From: Desulfuromonadales bacterium
GTDB lineage: Bacteria > Desulfobacterota > Desulfuromonadia > Desulfuromonadales > BM103
DNA: 32,128 bases
Direction: 5' to 3'
NCBI GenBank assembly: GCA_040882925.1
Contig: JBFLJZ010000350.1
Span: 1 to 32,128, forward strand
Each line of letters begins with the position of its first letter. Positions within the stretch are counted from its first letter, which is position 1. Made by a program: the position numbers and the translations under genes. This document shows positions 19,033 through 26,581 of the stretch, piece by piece. Below the pieces are notes generated by a model, which was not told where the DNA came from, did not search any database, and saw only the letters and a program-made list of their open reading frames with translations.

Positions 19033-20853
19033 TTAGCGGGCACTGCCTGCAAAGCGTAAATCAGAGACGTCGTCACTCCCGGAATGGAGTTCTTGCGCTG
19101 CATCAAGCTGCAGAAGACTTTGCTCTGATTGGCGCTTCAGGTAATCACGGCGCGTGCCGGCACGGGACAACTTGCCAGAGGATGTGCGCGGAAGAGTGTG
19201 TGCGGAGACAAGCTCGATGGTGCAGTCGATACCAAGTTGTTGTTTTACAACCGACGCGATACGGTCAGCGAATTCACGCCTTTTGCTCTTGTCCGTTTCT
19301 CGGTATTGGACGACCATGACCGCGGTTTCAGTGCCGTCATCTGCAGGAACGGAGATCGCCGAGGCATCACCGGGCCTGACCTCCGGTTGTTGCTCGGCAA
19401 AAAACTCGAGGTCCTGTGGCCAGATGTTTCGGCCGTTGATAATGATCATGTCTTTTGCTCGACCGGTGATCACCAGGGAACCGTCAACCAGGTAACCGAT
19501 GTCCCCTGTATTCAGCCAACCATCGCTGGAAAGGACTTCTGCTGTGGCTGCAGGATCGCCAAGGTAGCCGGTCATGACACTAGGCCCACGTACGTGAATT
19601 GTCCCGCACTGCCTGTCTGGCAGAACTTTTTCGGACTCGTTCTTGATCTGAATTTCATGACCGGGCAGCGGCGGGCCGCAGTTGACCAGTTTTTTTGTGC
19701 GGAGGCCGGTTCTCGACGCAGGGTTGACCGGGAGTGCAAGTTGATGTTCCGAAAGCTGCTCGGCAGCGACCTCATCGATGACAAGCCCCTGGTCTGAGCG
19801 GGCAAAGCTCACGGCAAGCGCGCATTCAGCCATCCCGTAACTGGCGACAAAACTTTTACCGTCGAAACCAAATGGAGCCATTTTTTCCGCGAAGGCCTCC
19901 AGAACATCGGCCCGGATCGTTTCGGCGCCAACACCGGCAATCCGCCAGGCCCCAAGATCGTAAACGGTCTGATCGTCTTGACGCAGCCGACGTGTGCACA
20001 ATTCGTAACCAAAAGGTGGCGCGAAGGAAATTGTCCCACGGTTGCAGCTCATCAAGCCCAGCCACAATCGCGGCCGCATGGCGAAGTCGCGGGTCGTGAG
20101 AAAATCGACGGAAAGTTGTGAAGCCATTGGTGCCAGGACAAAGCCGATCAGTCCCATGTCATGGTAATATGGTAGCCAGGACATGCACCGGTCGCCATTG
20201 CGTACCTTCAGGCCGTCTTTAATGATGCCGGAAAGATTTTGCATGACGGCAGCCTCACTGACCATGACCCCGCGCGGGAAGCGAGTACTGCCCGACGTGT
20301 ATTGCAGATAGGCAGTTTCTGTGGATTGCAGTGGCAACAGTTCAACGTCTTGTTCCGGGAGTTGATCAAAAGTCTCTGGTTTGCCGACGAGGGCCAATCC
20401 CAGTCCCTGGGCTGCCTCACTGAGAAAGGGCATGAAATCACAAGGGGCTACCGCGACGGCTGACTGGCTCTTCTCGAGCAGACCACGTAATTGTTCAACG
20501 TAGGCCCTGTGCCCATCCAGATGAATCGAAGCTGGCAATGGCACAGGAACGTACCCGGCATATTGGCATGCAAAAAAGAAGCGTGGGAAGTCAGGATCGG
20601 TTTCTGCGATGATGGCGACCCGCGAGCCCCTGTCCAGTTGTAGGCCGCACAGGCGTTTTGCCAGTATTCGTGCTTCTCTTTGTAATTCTGCGTAGGTGAG
20701 AACGGTGCGTAGTTCGCCGCGACCGCTGTAGAAATTGAATCCGCTCTGCCCTGTGGCAGCGTAATCCAACGCGTCTGAAAGGTTGGAAAAGTCGGCTGTT
20801 CGTAGTGGGATCCTGCTCTCAGTTGGCGTTGGATGAATAGATTTCATTATCAC
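19033..20853 (-). CDS. Fatty acyl-AMP ligase / acyl-ACP synthetase (adenylate-forming enzyme)
   Basis: AMP-binding motifs are LQYTSGSTRFPRGV, GYGMAE-like YGMAECA, GWLNTGDIGY and SSGKLSR. The N-terminus resembles FAAL enzymes. The ORF-track start is GTG at 20853, and the ATG two codons downstream (20847, MKSIHPT...) is equally plausible. Confidence 0.85.
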   Translation of the reverse strand: MIMKSIHPTPTESRIPLRTADFSNLSDALDYAATGQSGFNFYSGRGELRTVLTYAELQREARILAKRLCGLQLDRGSRVAIIAETDPDFPRFFFACQYAGYVPVPLPASIHLDGHRAYVEQLRGLLEKSQSAVAVAPCDFMPFLSEAAQGLGLALVGKPETFDQLPEQDVELLPLQSTETAYLQYTSGSTRFPRGVMVSEAAVMQNLSGIIKDGLKVRNGDRCMSWLPYYHDMGLIGFVLAPMASQLSVDFLTTRDFAMRPRLWLGLMSCNRGTISFAPPFGYELCTRRLRQDDQTVYDLGAWRIAGVGAETIRADVLEAFAEKMAPFGFDGKSFVASYGMAECALAVSFARSDQGLVIDEVAAEQLSEHQLALPVNPASRTGLRTKKLVNCGPPLPGHEIQIKNESEKVLPDRQCGTIHVRGPSVMTGYLGDPAATAEVLSSDGWLNTGDIGYLVDGSLVITGRAKDMIIINGRNIWPQDLEFFAEQQPEVRPGDASAISVPADDGTETAVMVVQYRETDKSKRREFADRIASVVKQQLGIDCTIELVSAHTLPRTSSGKLSRAGTRRDYLKRQSEQSLLQLDAAQELHSGSDDVSDLRFAGSAR

Positions 20854-20888
20854 TCTAGTATTTATCAGTATTTAGTCAGAAGAATTAA

Positions 20889-20904
20889 CGCAATATCAAT
20901 GCCA
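20889..20904 (-). promoter_or_regulatory. Sigma-54 (RpoN) -24/-12 promoter for the FAAL-to-neuA operon
   Basis: Read on the minus strand, this is TGGCAT-TGATA-TTGCG, against the consensus TGGCAC-N5-TTGCW with exact GG-N10-GC spacing. It lies about 36-42 nt upstream of the FAAL start codon, inside an AT-rich intergenic region. Confidence 0.55.
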
Positions 20905-21112
20905 ACCCGGGAAACATCGCGTATTCTATATAACTAGTGATTTGTTTGTCAATCCACATATGCATAATGATGTGTTTTTAATATCAAAATTGTGGTTATT
21001 TTGCAACAATAAGGACGCTTGCAGTGTTAGACATAGGCGCCGATTGGGGATTAAAACTCATTGATTAGGTTGTGACTTCTTTGAATTTTGTCCTCGGGCT
21101 GACTTAATCTTC

Positions 21113-21562
21113 TCAACTTGCCTCAGTGGAAATACAGCACAATGCATCTTTTAAGGTTTTTTTTATCTGTTGTTTCAGATGATCACCGACATTGTTGTCT
21201 TGACCCAGATCAGGTGGGCCGGGCCAACCTGGGTCAGCAAACTCTGTTTCGCCAAACAATCGTACAGCGGAATACCTCGGCAGGATATGGAAGTGCACGT
21301 CAGGGTCAACCATCATCAGCATCAGGTAATTAATCTTGTCATAGGTGAAACAACTTTTGAGACCGGACTCTAATGCAGTGGTTATCTCTTTTAACTCGGC
21401 AAACGCCTCGACGCTAACAGCCGACAGCGCATCGGCGTCTTCCTTGCAAATCAGCACGAGAGCACCAAGAGTGACCTGTTGCGGACGCAATAATACGACC
21501 CAATAATCATATTCCCTGACCAGGGATTCCGGGTAACCGAATTTTGCCATGGTTGCATTCAT
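21113..21562 (-). CDS. HIT-superfamily nucleotide hydrolase/transferase-like protein
   Basis: The histidine-triad region is MVDPDVHFHILPRY. The ATG at 21562 is preceded by AAGGAGGG at good spacing. The longer ORF-track version (to 21898) adds 112 low-complexity residues overlapping the divergent gene and is rejected. Confidence 0.65.
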   Translation of the reverse strand: MNATMAKFGYPESLVREYDYWVVLLRPQQVTLGALVLICKEDADALSAVSVEAFAELKEITTALESGLKSCFTYDKINYLMLMMVDPDVHFHILPRYSAVRLFGETEFADPGWPGPPDLGQDNNVGDHLKQQIKKTLKDALCCISTEAS

Positions 21563-21797
21563 TGATACAGCCCTCCTTTGTCTGTTCCCCGTTTCAATCG
21601 AACGAGGGGTTGGCTGGTGGAGCCTTTTTTGTCTACCCCCCTTACATGCTAGCGGACTATCGAGTATTATCAATTCGCAGAGACCGCAAAATAACCGAAA
21701 TCGGGCAAACCGTTTGAACCATTCAGTACATTTACAGAAAGAAAAAGAAAGGCAGTGCATCGAACCGCTAAAAATTGTCCCGGTTGCAGGCCGCCGC

Positions 21798-22895
21798 ATG
21801 ACCGCTCGATTCATTGAGATACCATGGTCCCTGTATGCCGCCGATCCCTGCTGGGTGCCGCCTTTGCTCGTAGAGAGGAAATGGCATCTTTCCGCCAAAA
21901 ATCCTTACTTCGAACATGCTGAATTCCAGGCATGGATCGCCTGGCGCGGTAACCGGATGGTCGGGCGCATCAGTGCACAGGTCGACCAGTTGCACTTGCA
22001 GCAACACAACGATGCAACTGGTTTTTTCGGTTTCCTGGAAGCAGAAGACAGTGCGGAGACTTTCCATGCCCTGTTTGTTGCTGCTGAAGAGTGGCTGCGG
22101 CAAAAAGGCATGCGGCAGGCTCGCGGCCCGTTCAGCCTGTCAATCAACGATGAATGCGGATTGCTGGTCGATGGTTTTGATAGTCCGCCACCGATCATGC
22201 TGGGCCATGCCCTGCCGTATTACGGCAAGCGCGTTGAAGAGCAGGGTTATGTCAAGGAGCAGGACCTGCTTGCGTACCGGGTGGATTCGAACCTTGCTCA
22301 CCAGCCGCATCTGGAACTCCTAAGCAAGAGGTACTCGCAGCGCATCAAGGTCCGCAAGATGAGAAAGGGTTGTTTCGCAGTGGAACTGGAAATTATCCGC
22401 GACCTTTTCACCGATGCCTGGTCAGAAAACTGGGGCTTTATTCCTTTTACCCAGGCCGAATTTGCCGAACTGGGTAAAAATCTCAAATTTCTCGTAGATT
22501 CCGAGTGGATCAGGATCGCCGAAGTTGACGGCGAGCCGGTGGCGATGATGGTCATGTTTCCCAATATCAACGAGATGATCAAAGATTTAAATGGCCGTCT
22601 GCTGCCGTTCGGCTGGTTGAAGCTGCTCTGGCGGCTGAAAGTCTCCGGCGCCAGGTCATCGAGAGTCCCCTTGATGGGAGTCAGGCGCCAACACCAGGGG
22701 ACAATGATGGGGGCAGCTTTGGCCCTGATGACGATCGACCCGATTCATCAGCATGCCCGCAAGAAAGGGGTCACTGAAGTGGATATGTCGTGGATTCTCG
22801 AGCAGAACAAGGGCATGCGAAAAATTATCGAACTACTGGGCGGCAATGTTTACAAACGGTACCGGATCTATGAGAAAGATTTGGCGGCAGGATGA
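21798..22895 (+). CDS. Large (about 365 aa) GNAT-type N-acyltransferase; candidate bacterial ceramide synthase
   Basis: The conserved N-terminus is FIEIPWSLYAADPCWVPPLL and the C-terminal GNAT core is GVRRQHQGTMMGAALAL...ILEQNKGMRKIIELLGG. Start is taken at the first plausible ATG (21798). The true start may lie a few codons upstream at a non-ATG codon. The stop overlaps the next gene start (ATGA at 22892-22895). Confidence 0.55.
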   Translation: MTARFIEIPWSLYAADPCWVPPLLVERKWHLSAKNPYFEHAEFQAWIAWRGNRMVGRISAQVDQLHLQQHNDATGFFGFLEAEDSAETFHALFVAAEEWLRQKGMRQARGPFSLSINDECGLLVDGFDSPPPIMLGHALPYYGKRVEEQGYVKEQDLLAYRVDSNLAHQPHLELLSKRYSQRIKVRKMRKGCFAVELEIIRDLFTDAWSENWGFIPFTQAEFAELGKNLKFLVDSEWIRIAEVDGEPVAMMVMFPNINEMIKDLNGRLLPFGWLKLLWRLKVSGARSSRVPLMGVRRQHQGTMMGAALALMTIDPIHQHARKKGVTEVDMSWILEQNKGMRKIIELLGGNVYKRYRIYEKDLAAG

Positions 22896-23704
22896 AACAA
22901 ACCAAACCCTACTCAGCAATTATCCTGGCTGCAGACCGTGATCTGGAAGACCCGGTGGCACAGTCGGCAGCGGTAAGCTGCAAGGCGCTGACTCAGGTCC
23001 TTGGTCGTGAGATGGTATTGCGGGTCCTCGACGCCCTGGCAGAAGCAGATCAGATAGACAAACGTTTGCTGGCCGGCCCGCCAATCGTTGCTGTCGAACA
23101 GAATCCGGAGCTCTCCGGGCTGGTTAATTCCGGCCGGGTCAAGTGGTTCGCACCGGAGGATACGCCGAGTACCAGCGCATTGAATGTTTTGCAGTCGCTG
23201 CCTGATGATATCCCGGTGCTGGTCACCACGGCCGATCATGCTTTGTTGACTGCCGAGATGATCGACCACTTCTGCAGCGAGGCGCGAACCAGCGGTTGCG
23301 ATGTTCTGGCCGGTGTTGCAGAATACGAACTGATTGCAGAGGTTGTCCCCGGTACCCGGCGAACCGTTACGCAACTCAAAGACGGTGGCTATTGCGGCTG
23401 CAACCTGTTTGCTTTCCTGACGCCGCAATCTCGCAAAGCCGCCGATTTCTGGCGTAAAGTGGAAAGAGAGCGCAAAAAGCCCTTGCGCATTATCAAGGTC
23501 ATGGGGTGGTTGGCGGTCATCCGTTATCTGCTCGGCCGGTTGTCCCTGGAACAGGCCTTGGCCGGGCTGTCGCAAAGAATGGGCTTGCGGGTGGGCGCTG
23601 TCCGGATGCCTTTTGCCGAAGCGGCGATCGATGTCGACAAGGTCGAGGATTTATTCCTGGTCGAATCGATCCTGACTGAAAGACAGAAGAGGGCATCCTC
23701 ATAA
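22892..23704 (+). CDS. MobA-like nucleotidyltransferase-fold protein with atypical N-terminal loop
   Basis: NTP_transf_3-like layout: AIILAADRD...CKALTQVLGREMVLRVLDAL and VLVTTADHALL. The usual glycine-rich loop (LAGGxGxR) reads LAADRDLED here. Confidence 0.55.
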   Translation: MKQTKPYSAIILAADRDLEDPVAQSAAVSCKALTQVLGREMVLRVLDALAEADQIDKRLLAGPPIVAVEQNPELSGLVNSGRVKWFAPEDTPSTSALNVLQSLPDDIPVLVTTADHALLTAEMIDHFCSEARTSGCDVLAGVAEYELIAEVVPGTRRTVTQLKDGGYCGCNLFAFLTPQSRKAADFWRKVERERKKPLRIIKVMGWLAVIRYLLGRLSLEQALAGLSQRMGLRVGAVRMPFAEAAIDVDKVEDLFLVESILTERQKRASS

Positions 23705-23877
23705 ATAGCTTTTGGCGAAGCGAAAGTAAAGGTTGTCATTCGCGCTTATTGTTTTAAGTAACGTGTCACGGGTGATGCGCAAAGCACTTTTTTATATTCT
23801 CCTGTTGTGATAAAAGTTCGCAGACTCAGGTTGGTCGTAAAAAAGCTCTTAAGAAAGGTTTTAAAGGCAAGGATTCG

Positions 23878-24321
23878 ATGAATAAGGAAAGAGTAGGCTA
23901 CACAACCGGTGTTTTCGATTTGTTTCATGTCGGGCACCTGAGGTTGTTGCAAAGAGCAAAAAGCAGGTGTGATCGACTTATTGTCGGCGTCAGTACCGAT
24001 GATCTGGTACAGTCGTATAAAAACAAAAGGCCCGTCATTCCATTTGAAGAAAGGATTGAGATCGTCGCTGCCTTGAAATGTGTCGACGACGTCATCCCCC
24101 AGACTCACAGGGATAAAATTGCCGCATACCATGAAATCAAATTTGACGTCATGTTTGTCGGCAGTGACTGGAAGGGGTCTGATCTGTTCAACAAGGTCGA
24201 GGCTGAACTGGCCGGATTTGGTGTGGATGTCATCTATTTCGAATACACCAATAATGTCTCTTCGACCGCTTTGCAGTCGACGCTTCAAGCGATCTATGAC
24301 GCGGAGGCTGCTGCAGGATAA
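23878..24321 (+). CDS. Cytidylyltransferase-family protein (TagD / glycerol-3-phosphate cytidylyltransferase-like)
   Basis: GYTTGVFDLFHVGHLRLLQRAK carries the HxGH motif. Size is 147 aa, and the C-terminal nucleotide-binding motif region is VSSTALQ. Confidence 0.8.
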   Translation: MNKERVGYTTGVFDLFHVGHLRLLQRAKSRCDRLIVGVSTDDLVQSYKNKRPVIPFEERIEIVAALKCVDDVIPQTHRDKIAAYHEIKFDVMFVGSDWKGSDLFNKVEAELAGFGVDVIYFEYTNNVSSTALQSTLQAIYDAEAAAG

Positions 24322-24388
24322 TATATCAGGCACACAACAATTCCGGAGATAACTCTGCGAAGCTGTCTCAGCAAGTTAGGGAATTGAT

Positions 24389-25459
24389 TTGCTCATCAAC
24401 CGCTATTTGAACCGTGAGATACTGAACCCGCTGGTGACCATCTGCATCATCCTGGTCATTATCTTTGCCGGTTATTCTGCGACCCGCTACCTTCCCGATG
24501 CTGCCGATGGCATGATGACGGGGAATACCGTCTTCGCTCTTGTCTTCCTCAAGATTTTAATCGCCCTGGAAGTTTTGATTCCCGTCACACTTTTTCTTTC
24601 CGTGATAACGGTGCTCGGCCGCTTGCATGCTGAATCGGAAATCATCGCATTACAGGCTAGCGGGTTGTGCGAGCGCACCCTGGTGATCTCGGTTTTACAA
24701 CTCTCCTTTTTCGTAGCCCTTCTGGTTGCTGCGCTCTCCCTTTATGTGCGGCCCTGGGCCTATGAAAAAAGCTACTGGCTGAAAGCTGACGCCGAGGCGA
24801 ATTTTGATTTCTCCCGGCTCAAGCCAGGGCGTTTCCACGAGATTGGCGAGGACAAATATGTCGTCTTCCTGGACAGCATCCATGCCAGCCAGAAGCGAGC
24901 AGAAGGCGTTTTCATCGAACAGCGCAACGAGTCGCTGCGCAAGATAATCCGTGCCAAACAAGCCTGGCAAGAGATCGACCCGGCAACCGGGGAGAAGAGT
25001 GTCGTTCTGCACGATGGCTATCAATACGAGCTCGGAACGGCCGTCGGTAAAACCAGCCTGTTCAGGTTTCAGACTTTCCGACTGATTTTAACTCCCAAGG
25101 AAATTGAGTCGATCGGCTATCGGCGCAAGGCAGCAACAACAATGAGCCTTGCCGTTTCGTCCGTGCCAGAAGACAAGGCGGAATTTCAATGGCGGTTGTC
25201 GACGGGGTTCTCCACGATTCTTCTTGGATTACTCGGGATTCCTTTAAGCCGCACGGCACCGAGGAGAGGCAAGTCAGCCAACATTTTCATGGGTGTGATT
25301 ATCTTTGCCATTTACTACAATATGACTGCGATGGCCAAGACCTGGATGGAGCAAGCGGTGGTCGGCTCTTTCCCGGGGATATGGTGGCCCCATGTTCTGC
25401 TTGCTGTCTTGCTGATAGCCCTGCTCAAGCCTTTTGGCCACGGCTTTCCATCACACTGA
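24389..25459 (+). CDS. lptF: LPS export ABC permease LptF (YjgP/YjgQ family)
   Basis: The N-terminus (TTG)LINRYLNREILNPLV is typical of the family. There are three TM segments, a large periplasmic domain, then three C-terminal TM segments. TTG start at 24389. Confidence 0.75.
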   Translation: MLINRYLNREILNPLVTICIILVIIFAGYSATRYLPDAADGMMTGNTVFALVFLKILIALEVLIPVTLFLSVITVLGRLHAESEIIALQASGLCERTLVISVLQLSFFVALLVAALSLYVRPWAYEKSYWLKADAEANFDFSRLKPGRFHEIGEDKYVVFLDSIHASQKRAEGVFIEQRNESLRKIIRAKQAWQEIDPATGEKSVVLHDGYQYELGTAVGKTSLFRFQTFRLILTPKEIESIGYRRKAATTMSLAVSSVPEDKAEFQWRLSTGFSTILLGLLGIPLSRTAPRRGKSANIFMGVIIFAIYYNMTAMAKTWMEQAVVGSFPGIWWPHVLLAVLLIALLKPFGHGFPSH

Positions 25460-25494
25460 GCAAGGTCTAAGCAACGAGGACTTTTCCTGCATCG

Positions 25495-26562
25495 ATGAAA
25501 ATGCTCGCGCGCTATATCACTGTTCGGCTGGCGTTTGGCTGGCTGCTGGTATTCCTGATTATGACCACATTGTTCTCGTTTCTCGAACTGGTCGGTCAGC
25601 TTGATGATATCGGCGAAGGCAGCTACCAGGCAAAAGATGCTTTCATGTACGTGCTCTACACCCTTCCCGGGCGTGCCCTTGGCCTGGCGGCAGTCAGTTC
25701 CTTGCTGGGCGGGATTGTCGGCCTAGGCACCCTGGCAAACACCGATGAGCTGCTGGCAATGCGCTCTTGCGGTTTTTCCGTGTTTCGTATCGCAGGCGTG
25801 CTGCTGGGTGCCGGCAGCGTGATTATGCTGAGCGTGCTTGTGCTGGCCCAGTTTGTCGTGCCGCCGCTTGAACAGAAGGCCAAGATCAACCGTGAACTGG
25901 CTCTGTCTGGGGAAGGCTCGCTGCTCTCATCAGGCGGTTTCTGGACGCGGGGCAACAACAGGTTTATCAATGTACGCTCTTCGGATTCGGCTGTCGGTTT
26001 GGCCGATGTCAGCATTTATGATTTTGATGACCAAGGCAAACCGACCAGCTATATCGGTGCGATTCGTACCGAGATCGGCAAAGACGGACAGTGGGTCGGG
26101 CATGATGTCAGACAGGTCATTTTTGCCGACAAAAGCATCACGGACCAGGTTGAGCCATCTCTGGCTCTCGACGTTTTCCTCAACACCAGGCAGACCGATA
26201 TCCTGAGTATCACACCGGCAATGCTCGCCCTGGATGAGCTGTACCAGTATATTCAGGTTTTGCAAAACAGGGGTCAGAACACCGACCAATTCGTTTTGGC
26301 CTTATGGCAGAAGATGACCCTGCCGTTCAAGGTGGGTGCAATGCTATTTTTCTCGTTACCCTTTGTCTTCGGTGCGGCGCGTGAGGCGAACCCCGGTCGA
26401 AGAGTCACGCTCGGGGCCATCGTCGGCATCTCTTACTACTATTTCGATCAGGCCCTTGGCTACACGGGGCTTCTGCTCGGCATCCATGCTGCATTCACGA
26501 CTCTTTTGCCTCTCGCAATCATCGTTTTGATCGCCTTCTGGCTGTTGTTCAGGGTGCCTTAG
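25495..26562 (+). CDS. lptG: LPS export ABC permease LptG (YjgP/YjgQ family)
   Basis: It begins MKMLARYITVRLAFGWLLV and has the same 3 TM + periplasmic domain + 3 TM architecture. It lies immediately downstream of lptF. Confidence 0.75.
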   Translation: MKMLARYITVRLAFGWLLVFLIMTTLFSFLELVGQLDDIGEGSYQAKDAFMYVLYTLPGRALGLAAVSSLLGGIVGLGTLANTDELLAMRSCGFSVFRIAGVLLGAGSVIMLSVLVLAQFVVPPLEQKAKINRELALSGEGSLLSSGGFWTRGNNRFINVRSSDSAVGLADVSIYDFDDQGKPTSYIGAIRTEIGKDGQWVGHDVRQVIFADKSITDQVEPSLALDVFLNTRQTDILSITPAMLALDELYQYIQVLQNRGQNTDQFVLALWQKMTLPFKVGAMLFFSLPFVFGAAREANPGRRVTLGAIVGISYYYFDQALGYTGLLLGIHAAFTTLLPLAIIVLIAFWLLFRVP

Positions 26563-26581
26563 ACAATATCTACCCAGATGG

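Noticed and set aside
20857-20874. A direct repeat, AGTATTTA-TC-AGTATTTA, immediately upstream of the FAAL start codon.
   Set aside because: An 8-bp repeat in AT-rich DNA is easily due to chance. It lies in the presumed 5' UTR downstream of the sigma-54 element and has no recognisable operator symmetry. It is noted only as a possible translational or regulatory element.
21549-21898. N-terminal extensions of the two divergent ORFs: 21549-22895(+) as 448 aa and 21113-21898(-) as 261 aa.
   Set aside because: The extensions overlap each other, have no recognisable protein character, and begin upstream of well-placed internal starts. The HIT gene has AAGGAGGG plus an ATG at 21562, and the conserved GNAT N-terminus begins near 21798. 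The overlap region is better read as a divergent promoter region.
23746-24333. A 195-aa minus-strand ORF covering the TagD-like gene.
   Set aside because: The plus-strand frame carries the diagnostic HxGH cytidylyltransferase motif and a sensible length. The minus-strand translation has no recognisable motifs.
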